Notes: generated from the letters alone by a model not told the origin. Shown: positions 22,297 through 42,758, numbered from the whole stretch's first letter. The stretch is 63,900 bases of DNA, filler included, from Reclinomonas americana ATCC 50394 (GCA_048213135.1; 18 parts of 18 records of this genome joined end to end with filler, not necessarily neighbours in it), one strand, 5' to 3'. A program made the numbers and translations.

Positions 22297-22991
22297 GGTG
22301 CCTGCTTGGTGTGAGATGGAGACAAGAGTTCGAGAGGAGAGCAAGGAGAGACGCAACAGACAGCGTAGGTGAGGGCCAGTAGTCGCATTGCTGTGGAGGT
22401 GTGAGTAAGAGAGTGTGTGTGTGTGTGAGAGAGAGAAGAGGGTAGCACGCACCTTGCAGCAGCCAGTGAATGATTCGAGTGCTCCTGCTGGCCTTGCTGT
22501 GAGGAGAGTGAGGAAATGCAGATGAGTGTGAGGGAGTGAAGGACAATGCACGCAACGAGCTTGGTCTGGCGACGATCTGCTGGTGTATTATCGTTGCAAG
22601 GGCCACTGACGGAGGCAAGGTGAGTGGTGGAGGAGACAAGTGTGTGTGAGAGAGAGTGTGTGTGTAACATAAGCCGAGTATGCAGGCCAGCACATCGACC
22701 ACTGCGTGTGTTGTGAGTGGCACAGAGGGAGGGAAGGGGGTGATGCGTGTCGGGGGGTGAAAAGTGCACCGATAAAGACACTTCGACAGGGGAAGCCGCC
22801 CATTGCCTTTTCGCTCTCACAGTCTTTGTGCAATAAATTCCGACAATCCGAACACTCGGCCCTGCACGTTGAGACGCCTGAGTGCTGCATCTTCACGTAA
22901 AGTGCCTAGTGTGAATGCATGTCTTTGGTGTGGCTCGTTCAGCGATATTCAAATCGCTTTTCGTGAACATGAACGATATCGATATCGGCAA

Positions 22992-29688
<6,697 letters not shown>

Positions 29689-29805
29689 GGCGACAATGAG
29701 GCAAAGGCGAGTGTAATTCGATTTTTTTTTGCACACGAGTTTTGAGGTGAGAGAAACGGAAACGCAACTGTACGTTTCAAATTTCTGGCGCGAAACTCCA
29801 ATTTA

Positions 29806-32189
29806 TTATTGCACCGGATCCACACGATTCACGCTAAATTCAACGTTGGTCCCCGGTGCGGCTTGGTACGCATGCTGCTCTGCCAGCGACGCCTCGATGG
29901 CCCTGGCGAGCTGATCCTCCTCCGCCTGCTGATTCGCAGGCACCGGCGCAATGTCCTCTCCTCGCGGTGCAGGTACCGCTTCAACATCTTGCCCACCACC
30001 TCCTGCCGCTGGTGGCACCGCATCGGCGGGAGCGTTGGCCCCTTGCTCCGCCGCCACAGCGGCCTCAAGAGCCGCCCTCTCATCGGCTTCCCGCTGAGAC
30101 TTCTCTCGCAGCTTCCGCCGCCACTCCGGTTCCACCTTGTAGCGGTCACGCTCTCGCTCCGCCGCGTATTCGCGGCTGCTGTCGGAGCAACCACCGGCAT
30201 GCATTGCCCGGGCCAGCCACACTGCCAACTCCTTCCACGGAAGGATGAACGCATGAGAGCGCTTGTACGTCCAGCTCCAGTAGGCCGACTTGCCGAACCC
30301 CAGGGGGAAACCGGCAAAGGCAGTCACGGCGAGGACGCCGATGCCTGCGCACATGGCGAATGGCATGCCGACCAACCTACGACCACAGCGATAGGGAAGG
30401 AGAGGAATTTAGCTACATTGGAGCAGGCACGTACGACAGCGAACTCACCAAGGCACAAAGCAGCACGCATGCAGCAACGTGCAGCCGTCATGGCAGAAAA
30501 ACTTGACGTAATAGTACGTGGCACGCACGGAGATTGGCACGAGGAATACTATGGCAAGTACGAGGCCACCGACGGCGAGAATGATGCCACCGTAGAGGCC
30601 GAAGAACAGCGAGAAGAACATGTCAATGAGCGAGGTGTCAAACGGAATCTGCATGTAGGGTAAGCAGAAGCTTCTCCGATGCGCTGCAGAGGCCATTGTT
30701 GGTGTGCCAAACCTCTCCAGGCCCCAGTGGCCGGTCCCGAAAGTCAATCATGGAGCGTTGCAGCTCTTCGCGCATGACTCTGTCAAAGTATTTGACCCAT
30801 ACCCAAGTCATCTGCCCCGCAGCCGCAGTGCGCATGCAGAGTCAGCAGGTGGAGGAAGACTGACTGATAAGTAGGAAAAGAACAGAGAGCCATCTTCATC
30901 TTGTGCACCCCCGAGTGACGGCTATTGAAGAGAGGGAAGAATGGAAAAGAGGTGCAGGGGAGGAGAGGAGAGGCTCGAGAGAGGACAGCATTGGGTGACA
31001 TCAAGGCGGCGAACACCTGGTGCCCTCGATAATGTTGCCGACACCGGAGCGGTGAAGAGGACGATGACGAGCACACAGAACCACACACTGGCGATGCGAC
31101 AAGGTTGAGTGAGAGAGAGGGAGAGAGGGAGAGAGGGAGAGGAAGAAAGGGAAGGAGGGAGGGGAGAGAGAGACACTCCACAACTCAGCTTTGGAGCCAC
31201 TGCAGCTGCTCTGCACTCCCCCACCCCCTCACCCTGTCCCGCACCCACCTTGGCAGGGAACGTGAATGTCTCTGTCGGCCAGCAAGCAGCACATCGTGAG
31301 AAAATCAGGCGCCAGCACAAGGCACCGCTTCAACCACGCACGCACCACATCGATCGCTGTTGCTCGGCTGATCCCACGTGACGATGACAAAGCGGACGAC
31401 CGGGGCAAACAGAGCAAACAGCACAAAGCACAGCACAACCAGTCCGAGGGCCAGCGGCGGGACTGCCAACAAGGGAATCGGCAAGAACAGGCAGGCCTTG
31501 ACTTTGGTGTCTGCGCCACATCATCGCATGCTGCCTGAGTCAACAAACACAACGAGCGGCTTGCAATTGTCGCGGAGGTGTGCGATCGGCAAACTCACTT
31601 GGTCCCCACTGCCTGCAAAAAAGATGAATGTCAGAGAGGTTGCCGTGTGACAGACCAACCGACAGCGAGCCGTAACTCAACTTGGTGTGAACGATTGCTG
31701 AGTAAGCATAGCTGCAGATGAAGTGTTTTGTTGTTTTGAAATAGAACACAAAAACCGAACAATCATCACTCTCTCTCTCCCCTTGCACACACACACACAC
31801 CACTCTTTCGCACACAGTCTCTTTCTCTCTCCCTATGCAGACACGCAACTACACGGTCATTGGCAGCGCCACAATCACCGAGAACAGGTTTGCCAAGAGC
31901 ACAAAGACAGTGAGTGGCGCCATGATTACAGCACCCTCGGCCACCAACACTGGCGCAATCAGCAACCGGCCTATGAAGATGACAGGGTTGCGGTCAACTG
32001 CGTGAAAGAGAGAGAGGAGCGTGAGAATGCATGTCGAGGTCCGTCTGCATGCATGCAGATATCGAAACTGGGCACTCTGCAGCGCATGGCGCACATCACG
32101 CTGAGCATGGAGAAGTAGTAGAGGCCGACCAGCGAGATGCCGGTCCAAAAGAGGCCGTTTTGCCAGGCCTCTTCAAAAGGCACCACCAT
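29806..32189 (-). CDS. Multi-pass membrane protein resembling the plant At3g27390-like family
   Basis: LLANLFSVIVALPMTVYYAYSAIVHTKQWGPNTKVKACLFLPIPLL and IPFDTSLIDMFFSLFFGLYG recall that family (from memory, not searched); possible C-terminal UIM-like EEDQLARAIEASL; middle exons uncertain. Confidence 0.6.
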
Positions 32190-32561
32190 GGCTGGCTGTC
32201 GGCCTGAATTCTGCCGAAGCTGCAGGCAGGACAGCCCTTCGCAACCTTTTGTGCGAGGTGGTGGACAACTCGAGCGGATCGACCATCTCTGGCACGAGGG
32301 TTAGCGCCACTCTGTCCACTGATGCGCTCTCCGCCTGGCCACGGCCGGCCTCGCGATCGACGTCGATCGCGATATCGATATTGAAAGAATGAAGAAGAGA
32401 ACTTTTATAATTACTATCATTTCTAGTAGAAAAAAAAAAGAAGAATACCTCTCCCCTCCTCCGACAATTCCCCGACGAGCCCACCATCCCACAAACGTCG
32501 GAGTGAACGTTACAAATTTGCTATCGCTGCGGACAACTCATTCACAAGTTGTTGGCGAGAA

Positions 32562-33373
32562 ATGACGTGCGCACTGCGTGTTTCTTTGCCACGTACCATT
32601 CACCTGCTTCTTCTCTCACTTATATGTGCTCCTTTAGCAGTGCACCACGCGCTCACAGGAAGAAGGCGTGCTATCTCGCGGGAGACGGCGACCTGCGGAG
32701 GCTGCGCGAGATTGTGGCGCACGAGGGCGCACACACTCTGCTCAAATACGAGGAGATGGTCTCTGGCTGGTCGGTATTCCACTATGCCGCCATGCAAGGT
32801 CGTCTCAGCGTGCTGGAGTATTTGTGGGCGGAAAGTGGCGTCGGCGAACAACTGGCACAAGGGGTGGCCAACGGTGGGTGGACACCGCTGATAGTTGCTG
32901 CGAGCGGGGGGCGTGTGCACGTGGTGGAATGGTTGCTCGCCGACGAGCGACGATGTTCAAAGGAGATGGCGTTGGCAGCTACCCGCGAGGGAGCTCTCAA
33001 TGTGCAGCACACTGCGTTGCATTACGCTGCCAGAGCGGGCCGCTTTGATGTTGTGCGACTCCTCGCCACCCGCATACCCGACCTCATTCCAATGGTCACC
33101 GACAGCGGGATGACGGCCGCGGACTTGGCGTTCATCGAGCGCAAGCACCATGTTGCGGAGCTGCTCGAGTGTCTCGAGATTTCTCTGCGCGCTCAACAGG
33201 ATCTCGAGTGCACGCGAGCGGCTCTGCGTGCGGTACATGAGATGCAGCAGGAGGGAGAGGAGGGCCTGCGATGCTTGGTGGAGATTGTGCTGCGCTGCTT
33301 CCTGGTCGAGGATGCTGAGGTCGTTGTTCATCGATGTCGCTGCGATGAGAGCAGATTGTTGCGTGCTGGATGA
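32562..33373 (+). CDS. Ankyrin-repeat protein
   Basis: GWSVFHYAAMQGRLSVLEYL, GWTPLIVAASGGRVHVVEWLL, TALHYAARAGRFDVVRLL, GMTAADLA; probable intron just after ATG AC. Confidence 0.88.
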
Positions 33374-33670
33374 TGAGGTCTTCTTTCTGTCAGACTCTGG
33401 TACATGTTCACTCTCGGTGTCTCGCCGACGATGAGTGCGGCGGGAATAGTCAGTTGCACGGCATAGACGAGGTCTTCTCTCTCTCTCACACACACACACA
33501 CACGTAGCACTATCTGTTTTTCAGCTCGTGANNNNNNNNNNNNNNNNNNNNNNNNNNNNNNNNNNNNNNNNNNNNTTAATTAATTAANNNNNNNNNNNNN
33601 NNNNNNNNNNNNNNNNNNNNNNNNNNNNNNNCGTACGAGTAGGTAAGTAGTGTCGTTGTTCTTCTTCTCT

Positions 33671-33736
<66 letters not shown>

Positions 33737-34479
33737 CGTTTCGAAGTCAGCCTTCATCTCTGCGGCAGCCACTCGTTTTCAGTAGCTTGTTGGCATGCTC
33801 ACCTCGTCTTTTCCCGCGCGCACAGCTGTCGGCCGGAAAGCGAAACATTGATAGACGACGACGATGAAGAATACTGACTGGCGAAGAAGGCAAGCGAGAA
33901 GGAGGTTTGCATGTGTTGTTGTTACAAAAAAGAAAGGAGGTTTCCCCACTCACGCAGGCACGTTCGTTTTTTTTTTGCAGGCTGCAATGGTGATCGTATC
34001 GCATCATTGAGCGCAACGCGGGAGTTGTCGTTCTCACCTCACCGCCGCCAGTCGTCGCTGCTTGTCGTGCGAGCGCGCGGCTCTGCCACTACCTCTGCCG
34101 TCGTCGTCAAACCCGCTCGACATTGCAGCTAATCAATCGATAATATGACAAGCGCCCTCTGCCAACAGGAGACAACAACACAGAGAAATACAGCTGCGCT
34201 GCGGCGTGGCAACTGGCAGCTGCTGCCGCCGGCGATTGACGTGTGTGGCCTCGTTCGTCAGTCGGTACTTGGCGTGTCACTGCGTGCTCCTCTGCGTGTC
34301 CACGTTGTAAACTTGGACGTCATGATCAGTGCAGTGGGGCGAGTCAAGCACAAGCATCAATGATCGCAGCGTCAGACGCGCCCCACACGCCACTGACAAA
34401 CAAGCTCTCTGCTACAGATATATGTATCGCCAGGGCGCACATGCTGTTACATGTTACTCAGATCTGGAACACTCCTTCC

Positions 34480-35037
34480 TCACTCCTCCTGCACCGCATT
34501 CGCGACCGCATGCAACTGCTGTCGTGGCGCCACCGGGCACGGCGGCAGAAGACTTCTGCCACGGGTCACGCAGCCTGCCGGCCACAAGCGCGTTTGCGGA
34601 TCCTGCATGCCCAGGCATCGTAAACAGTACTGCACGCCGCACACGTGGCAACTCACCGTTGCATCCCCGTGATTGTGCTCTATATACACAACGCAGCGCT
34701 GCATGAGAACACACACACACAGAGGGACGGAGCTCGCGAGAGACAAGTGCGCGCTCACGAAGGATGCTCCCGGGGTCGAGACACACAGGGCAGGCGCGCA
34801 CCGAAGGCACCTGCTCGTCCTCGGGCCTGTCAAACGGATAGATGCGCTGTTGAGCGGAGGAGGGCGCAGTGAGCGGATCGCACATGAGTACACTCTACAT
34901 TACCAACAAACCTTGCTCTCGCATTCTTGAAGCCTCGTGTTGGCTATAAAAAAGCACACAAGATGAGACACGCACACACACACATGTGCACAGACACTGA
35001 GAGGCGCACCTTGATGCAGGCGCTCGTTGTCTGCCAT
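34480..35037 (-). CDS. Small stand-alone RING2/Rcat-like (IBR-type) zinc-finger protein
   Basis: VPSVRACPVC..ILQHNHGDATVSCHVCGVQYCLRC..WP..CPVAPRQ; three introns; similar to the C-terminus of the gene at 42759-45549. Confidence 0.65.
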
Positions 35038-35090
35038 GTTGAAACAACGAAAGTTGTCAGGCGGACACATTCATTCATTTGTATTTTTTT

Positions 35091-35429
35091 ATGAGTGAGG
35101 AGGCGCTTTCTCGTGAGCAACAGCGTGCGTTTGTGGATGAGCTGTTGGCGGTGGCGGGCAATGAACGGTGTGCGGATTGTGGAGCAGCGCAGCCGAGGTG
35201 GTTGAGCGTGAACTTGGTGAGTGTGGAGGAGAAGGGAGGGAGGGAGGGAGAGAGAGAGAGAGAGGGGAGGGTGGGGGGAGAAGGGAGGGAAGAGTGATGA
35301 TAGTGATTGCATTGCATTAGTGATTGAGTTCGAGCTCTCACACACTCTCTATCTCTTTCTCTTTCTCTCTGTCACTGCCTTCAAAGATGTCTCTGTTGTC
35401 TCTCACTCCCACACACTCTCTCTTTCTCA

Positions 35430-35460
<31 letters not shown>

Positions 35461-36131
35461 GTGGACACCTCTCTGACAGCACCGCAGTGTCTCTTCTCAG
35501 TCACCGCATGCAAACCTCGCCCTCACTCTCTCTCCCTCTCAGCCATCCTCTCTCTACTCACCACTGGACAGCATCGTCTCAGTCGCTGTGTTCAATGACT
35601 TCTGTCTCTTTCTCTTTTCCTTCTCACTCATTCTTCTCTCTCTCTCTTCTCAATCGCTGCATTCAATGACCTCTCGCTCTCCTCTCCTTCTCATTCTCCT
35701 GTCACCTTCTCTTCCTCCCCCTCTCTCCCCCACAGGGCATCACCCTCTGCATCGCCTGCGCCGGCGTGCACCGCAGCATGGGCGTGCACGTCAGCAAGGT
35801 CCGCAGCATGAACCTCGACTCAATCACTGTCGAGCACGAGAAGCAGCTGCGACAAGTCGGCAACACGCGCGCCAACAGCAACCCCGAGGTGGTGGCTCGC
35901 CTGGTGGGCGTCGAGCAGCTCGACGCCAATGCACCTGCGTTGCGTCGCGCTTCTTCTCGTTGTGTGTGTGTGCGCGTGCACTGCCTCCCGCTCACTGTTT
36001 GTGTGCAGTGAGGTGCGTGACTCCTACNNNNNNNNNNNNNNNNNNNNNNNNNNNNNNNNNNNNNNNNNNNNTTAATTAATTAANNNNNNNNNNNNNNNNN
36101 NNNNNNNNNNNNNNNNNNNNNNNNNNNTCCT

Positions 36132-36169
<38 letters not shown>

Positions 36170-36926
36170 GCTCTCCCTCTCCCTCTCCTTTCCCACTCCT
36201 TCTCACTTTGCCCCTCTTTCTCCCTCTCCCTCTCCCTCACCTTCATTCCTCTCCCTCTCCCTCGTTCCTCTCCTTTCCCACTCCTTCTCACTTTGCCCCT
36301 CCTTCTCCTTCTCCCTCTCCTTTCCCACTCCTTCTCACTTTGCCCTCTCCCTCTTCCCACTCCCTCTCCTCCATTCCCTCTCCTTTTCTCCCCTCCCTCT
36401 TCCCTCTTTCCCTTCCCTCTCCCTCTCCCTCTCCCTCTCCCTCTCCCATTTCCCACTCCTTCTCACTTACCCCTCCCTCTCCTACTCTCCCAGTGACCCC
36501 TACCTTGTGATGTCCTGCAAGAGCACCAACCAAACGCGCCGCACCAAGACCATTCGCAGCACCCTCAATCCGCAGGTTCCATTCTCGCCCCCCTTCTACC
36601 AATCCCCCTTGCCCACTTCTCTCACTTTCCTTTCCCTTTCCCCAGTGGAACGAGTTGCTGCAGTTCTCCGTGTCGAGCAAGGCCGACACCCTCGACCTCG
36701 AGGTGTGGGACGAGGACACATTCAGGTTCGTCTCCTCTTGCACGCACGCACATATTCGCGCTCTCACACACAATCGCTCCACAGCAAGGACGACTTCCTC
36801 GGCCGCGGCTCGGTCTCCCTGGAGGCGCTGGTGAATGATGTGCCAACCGAGTTGCACATTGCACTGGAGGGCGTCTCGCACGGCATAGTGCATCTCATGG
36901 TCACCTACGTGGAGCTCGCGACATGA
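35091..36926 (+). CDS. ArfGAP with C-terminal C2 domain (ArfGAPC2/ZAC-type); spans gap
   Basis: GNERCADCGAAQPRWLSVNL|GITLCIACAGVHRSMGVHVSKVRS; DPYLV..RTKTIRSTLNPQ|WNE..LEVWDEDTFS|KDDFLG. Confidence 0.9.
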
Positions 36927-37030
36927 GCACCCTTCGCCTCGCCTCACCCACCGTTTTTGTGCACTCATATTTTGCACCATGAGCAATTTACTGAGTTTTT
37001 GTTATCTCTCTCTCTCTCTCTCCGCGTGCA

Positions 37031-40000
37031 TCATCTCCTCGCCTGCATGTTTCGCATGGTTCGCGACAAGGACTCCACCGCCTCGGCCGCTGTCGTCACG
37101 GCCGGCACGCCTCCGTCAAACTTGAAGGTGGGCGGCAGTGTGCGACCGCGTGCAGCGTCGTCCAGCGAGCGGCGCATCTGTACGAGCGCATCGCGCTTGG
37201 TCTGCCCGAAATCGTGCAAGTGGCCAGCCGCGTACACCAGCTTGTTGTTAAAGTACATGAGGAACACGGGAGCGGCGGCCTCGCGACAATTGTACCGCTC
37301 GCGCAGCAGCGTTGACGACATCAGGTCGAACTTGGCCACCTCGTACTTGCTCGGGTCGAAATCGGCCAGCGCCTCGTCGACCTCGGCCGGTGCACCAATG
37401 ACACGCGGCTGACGGATTGGCGTCCCACCGCTGCCCGTCATGGAGATTTTGGAGGGCGAGGCGCCGCCACCAGAGGCCTTTTCCGACTCTAGCTGCGCCA
37501 GGAAGCCGTTGATCTCCTCCAGAATTTGCTCCACCTTGCGCGCAGTTGGGATCCTGTGCGTGTGTGGAATTAAGGATCAGCGTCACATCAATCTCCTTGT
37601 TTGCTGGCTCGAGGCGGTGACTCACCACGACACGGTGCACGCCACAACAAGCAGCTTGCCCGACGAGTGCTCGCTGACATAGGCGTCGTACTCACTCGGC
37701 GAGATCGTATACAACTTGCGCTTGATGCTGCGTGCGACGGGCGAGCTGCTGGTGATTCCTCGATACTTGCCGCTGGCGTGCGACAATACACTTGTGACGC
37801 CGAGTGGTTTGCTGGATTCGGCCACGCTGCGCATCACCGAGTTCTCGTAAGTTCGGCGCCTCCACATGAGCAGAGATGACACACACACATGCACGTACCG
37901 AGCCATGACGGTGCTGGCGAGTGCCGGGTCCAACATTGACGACACGAACGACTTGGGGTTGGTGGAGTTGAGCGAACCGGCCGGTGCAGAGGCGGACAGA
38001 TTGGTGGTGGTCGTGGTGGTGGTGGTCGCCGTCTTCGACACCGACGTCGTGGTGTGCATGGTGTCGACCGAGGCCTTCAGTTCGCGACTGCGCTCGTTGA
38101 ACTGATCAAAGACGGCCGAGTTGTTGAAAGGCACATCCTTGTGCTTCTGGTGTGCCTTCTTGTCGGGGGGACTCGGCCGCTCCGAGATGCGTTCGCGCAC
38201 TCGCATCAGCGTCTTATTCTTGGTGGGGTCCGATGGCGAGAGGTAGCGCGGTGCGACGTCGAGCACCAACTTGCCGCCCAGCGAGTGATCGCGACCCACC
38301 ACCTGCGCACGAGTGGTGAGCAGCGGAAAAGAGGGAGCGAGAGGATCGGCACGGGTGCGCACCTTCTCCAAATACGAGGCGCCCTCGTTGGAGACGCGTC
38401 CAATGTTGAGGCGCACTTGCACATTCTGGCAGCCAAACGACAGCACAATGTTGGTGCGCGAGCGCACCTCGAGAGTGATGGACGAGCCGAGCTGGAAAAT
38501 GGCCGGAATGGCGGCACCCGCAGCGTGTGCGGTGCCCGGCTTGGCGTCGGCAGGCGTGGTGGCCGACGCGCGCAAGCTCTGCCCGCGGGGTGCTGTCGAC
38601 GACATGGCCTTGTTTTGGAAGGCCGCGGAGACCGAGTAATCGAGGATCTGCTCCACCATGTGACCGTCGTCGTCCCACAGCCACTCGCGTTGGAGGAGGC
38701 CGTCCTCGGCAAAGACCTAAGGGGGGGAATAGTGGGCAAAGGGACGGGGATGAGGGAACGAGGATGGAGACAGAAGAGCACGACGAAGAAGAAGAGAGGG
38801 GAGGGGTAGGAGGACTGGGAGAGAGGGACTCATGGTACTAGGGTTCGCTCTCTGCGCTGGCAAAGGCGATGGCTGTGATGAGGAGATGGGGAAGAAAGTA
38901 GAAGGAAGGGGAAGGAGAGGAGACTGAGAGAGAGAGAGAGAGATTGTCCTTGCTCGGCTTCTCTCTCTGCGTTGGCTGTGATTTGGAGACCAAGAATAAA
39001 CAAAAAAGAAGAAGGGGAAGGGAAGGAGAGGAGAATGCCTAAAAGAGAAAAGAGAGCGACTCTTGTTGCTCGGTTTCGCTCTCTGTGCTGGCAAGGCGAT
39101 GGCTGTGTTAAGGAGATGGGGAAGAAGTAGAAGGAAGGGGAAGGAGAAGAAAGAGAGAGAGAGCGATTGTCATTGTTCGGCTTCTCTCTCTGCGTTGGCG
39201 GTGATTTGGAGACAAAGAATAAACAAAAAAGGAAGAAGGGGAAGGGAAGGAGAGGAGAATGACTAAAAGAGAAAAGAAAGCGACTCGTGTTGCTCGGTTT
39301 CGCTCTCTGTGCTGGCAAAGGCGATGGCTGTGTTGAGGAGATGGAGAAGAGCGACGGAAGGGGAAGGAGATGAGATTAAGAAGAGAAAGCGATTGTCATT
39401 GCTCGGTAAACAAAAAGAAGAAGGGGAAGGGAAGGGGAGAAGAAAGAGCACTATCATTGCTCGGGCTGTCATATCGAAGAAGAAGAGGCAGGATAAGAGA
39501 GAAAAGGACCGGAGAGGAAAGGAGAGAACGAGAGCAGTTGTCGTTCGAAGATGAAAGACTAGGGCTGCAGGAAAGGAGAGAAAAAGACATCCCACGCTAC
39601 CTTTTCCCCAATATATCCCCTCACCTGTCCACCAGTCTTTGTGAGACTGCACCACACGCCTGGCGGTGCTCCATGCTCCAAATTCGCAAACATGGAATTG
39701 GGTGAGCGTGCTCGCCGTGTACCACCAGCCTTCTCGCCCTCCCCACTAGCATCGGTCGACGGATTCGTGGACTCGAGGCCGCGTCGTCCACTTCGCCGCC
39801 CGTGCGCCGCACCGCCCGTCCCCGCCAGCCGCGGATGATACACCGTGCCAATCGATTTGGAGTCGATCGAGAACAGCATCGGGCCACTCTCCTGCAACAC
39901 GCAGCGAGTCAGAATTTGCAAACACAACGTTGGCGTCTGTGATACGTTGGCGGACTGACCAGCAGCTCGCCGGCCTTTTGCAGAAACACGTGCGCGCCAC

Positions 40001-41420
40001 CGAGCGGATGCATGGTAAACATGCGCTTCTCGAGATCGAGCTCGGCGGTCGACTGCGTGCGCTTGTCGGCGAAGCCTTGCGTGACAAAGCCGTCTGACAC
40101 GTCTGACATGGACACGGCGATCTGCCCACTTGGGTAGCTGGGGAGAGAGAGGGAGGAATAAGGGAGGGAAGGGAGAAGAGCGACGACAGTGAACGAGCAA
40201 GAACGAGAGAGCGCAAGAGTGAAAGGATGAGTTCCGAGAGAGGGAAGGAGACGGTCCGTGAGTGTGAGAGTGAGAGAATGAGGAGAGATGGGGATAGATA
40301 GGAAGAGGGAGGAGTGACAAAGCAAAAGAGCAAGCACGAGAGTGTCAGAAAGGGAAGGAGAGCGTGCGAGAAAGAGACAAGAGAAGGGAGGTAGAATGAG
40401 GAGTGACGGGGAGAGAAGGGAAGAGGAAGGTGAGACAAAGTAAAAGAGCAAGCACGAGAGAGTGAAAGGACACGTGCAACAGAGGAAAGGAGAGTGACAG
40501 GGAAAGAGACAGTCCATGAGTGCGAGAGTGTAAGAATGAGGAGTGACGGGGAGAGAAGGGAAGACGAAAGAGTGACACAGTGAACGAGCAAGAACGAGAG
40601 AGTGTAAGAGCAGACGGTCCATGAGTGTGAGAGAAAGAGAAGGGAGAAAGAATGAGGAGTGATGGGGAGAGAGGGAGGAGTGACAAAGCAAAGGAGCAGG
40701 AATGAGAGGGTGCAAGAGGGAAGGAGAGTGACAGGGTAATACAGTCCATGAGTGCGAGAGTGAAGAGAATGAGGAGTGACGGGGAGAGAAGGAAGAGAGA
40801 GGAGTGACAAAGTAAAAGATCAAGCACGAGAGTGGAAAGAGTGGAGTGACAGGGAAAGAGACAGCCAATGAGTGCGAGAGTGAGAGAGTGAGGAGAGATG
40901 GGGATAGAAAGGAAGAGGGAGGAGTGACACAGTCAACGAGCAAGAGCGAGAGAGTGAGAGGATGAGTGCAAGAGAGGGACGGAGAGCGAGAGCAGCAGTG
41001 CGGGTGAGTGATGAAAAGTTCTTCCGCATTTGATCCATCCACGCATTGTGCCTTCTCTCTCGCACACTCCTCCTTGTCCTCCCTCCCCTCTCCCCCTCCC
41101 CCTTACACACACACACGCAACTAAATGAAGCCGACACCCTTGAAATCCGTGCGCACTCCCTGCTGCCCCGTCGAGTACTTGACATCCATATTCTCCAACG
41201 TCAACACACCACCACCTCCTTGACCACTTGCACCACTCTTCTCCGCAGCCGACGACCGCGACACCAGTCGCTGCCCCGCATCGCCCTCTGTCACTGCACG
41301 TCGCTGCATCTTCCTCTGCGTGCCGGGAGGAGGACTGCTCGTGCCAATGGACTTGATGGAGGCGTCAAGCTCGTTGATCTTGGCGAGGACGGCGGCGAGA
41401 CCGCCACCTTCGTCTCCCAT
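37031..41420 (-). CDS. FAM194/ERICH6/C3orf20-like protein
   Basis: GVGFIY|YPSGQIAV motif; C-terminal LLRERYN..PVFLMYFNNKLVYA; two long repeat-filled introns; family call from memory. Confidence 0.6.
38830..39540. repeat. Degenerate intronic minisatellite
   Basis: About three larger units sharing GGTTTCGCTCTCTGTGCTGGCAAAGGCGATGGCTGTG and GCTGTGATTTGGAGAC..AGAATAAACAAAAAAG. Confidence 0.75.
40150..41000. repeat. Degenerate intronic minisatellite (~115-bp period)
   Basis: Recurring ACAGTCCATGAGTGCGAGAGTG..GAATGAGGAGTGACGGGGAGAGAAGG units. Confidence 0.75.
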
Positions 41421-41777
41421 GATGTGATACGATATAACCGCTCGATATGAGTCATCGTGTCGTGAATTGTCCGCAGTCGTGCGGAAAGGTGAGGAATGGT
41501 GTGCGTGCGTATGAATAGTCTCTCTTGTGTGGGCTGCTGTGTGAAGTCGTAGGAAGCATCCGTTGTTACGGATCGGCAGCGTTGGGTGTGTTCGAATTCG
41601 ATAAATATCGAAAAATGCAGTTCCATTGCCGATCGCGACAGCTATATTGTTGACTGGGTCCAATCAGCAAGCATAGTTGTGAATTGTTTCTTGTGTGAGC
41701 TTCTGCCAAGTCCGCAATGCATCCGTCGTCGCTGATCGTCAGCGCATCTGTTGAAATCCATATGTGTTCGATTTTTA

Positions 41778-41862
41778 CAACAACAACAACAACTTTACTA
41801 ATCCAAACAGCAGCAGCTGCATGATGATCACCATCTTGAGTGACAACAACAACTTTACTAAT
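41778..41862. repeat. Copy of the palindromic element seen at 159-612
   Basis: (CAA)n-CTTTACTAATCCAAACAGCAGCAGCTGCATGATGATCACCATCTTGAGTGA is the reverse complement of ~539-604. Confidence 0.9.
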
Positions 41863-42758
41863 NNNNNNNNNNNNNNNNNNNNNNNNNNNNNNNNNNNNNN
41901 NNNNNNTTAATTAATTAANNNNNNNNNNNNNNNNNNNNNNNNNNNNNNNNNNNNNNNNNNNNCTAGAGCTATGTTGCAATATCGCTCATGCAACAAACAG
42001 GCAGCATCGATGAAGCTTTGCATCCAACATGGTGGTGACACAGACAAATTTCTGACGGTGGCAGGGATGTTGGGAAACCGTGACTTCCTTGCGTCCTATG
42101 GTGAATGAAGCGTTTTGTTGTTGCATGTTCGAATTCGCCGCGGAGTCATGCACTCTGCAGCATTTTTGCGGCCCCTTTGCTCTGTCCCTTGAATATTGAC
42201 CACTTCACTTGCCTCGATACCCCATGTGCTTGCGTCCGTGACCCTTGGCAAGATACCAAGAATCCGGATCCGGCCGCGGAGGCCGGCGCCGGCGCCGGCG
42301 CTCAGCGATCTATCGATCGGATCATAATCAGCTGCAGAAGCGCCACTCTCACACTTTTCAATAGAGTGCTGGTCGCGTTGCGTGCCTTACAGCGGGTTGT
42401 ACCAGTCTCCCCTGTCGCCTATGAATCTGTTCACTGAAGTCGCGATCGAACATGTCGCGCTGTTGTCCTGCATTTCGGAAATTTGTTCATCGTCCACGTT
42501 GTGAGAAGGCGATCTGCAGCGCGATCACAGTATAGTTCGGCGGCATCCCCCCGCTCACTCACTCGTCCACCACCGATCGATCTTACGAATACGCTGTCCC
42601 CCACGCACATGATCTCAGCCGTGACAGGTATGGGGTATATATTGACTCTCCTTCTCGCCACTCTCTCTCCTCTCGCGATCGTGCCTGTTCCGCATTCCCT
42701 GATCCTAGGCTCGCCTGTGTACCTACACATGCACACAGTGCGGAGTGAACGCGTGTGC

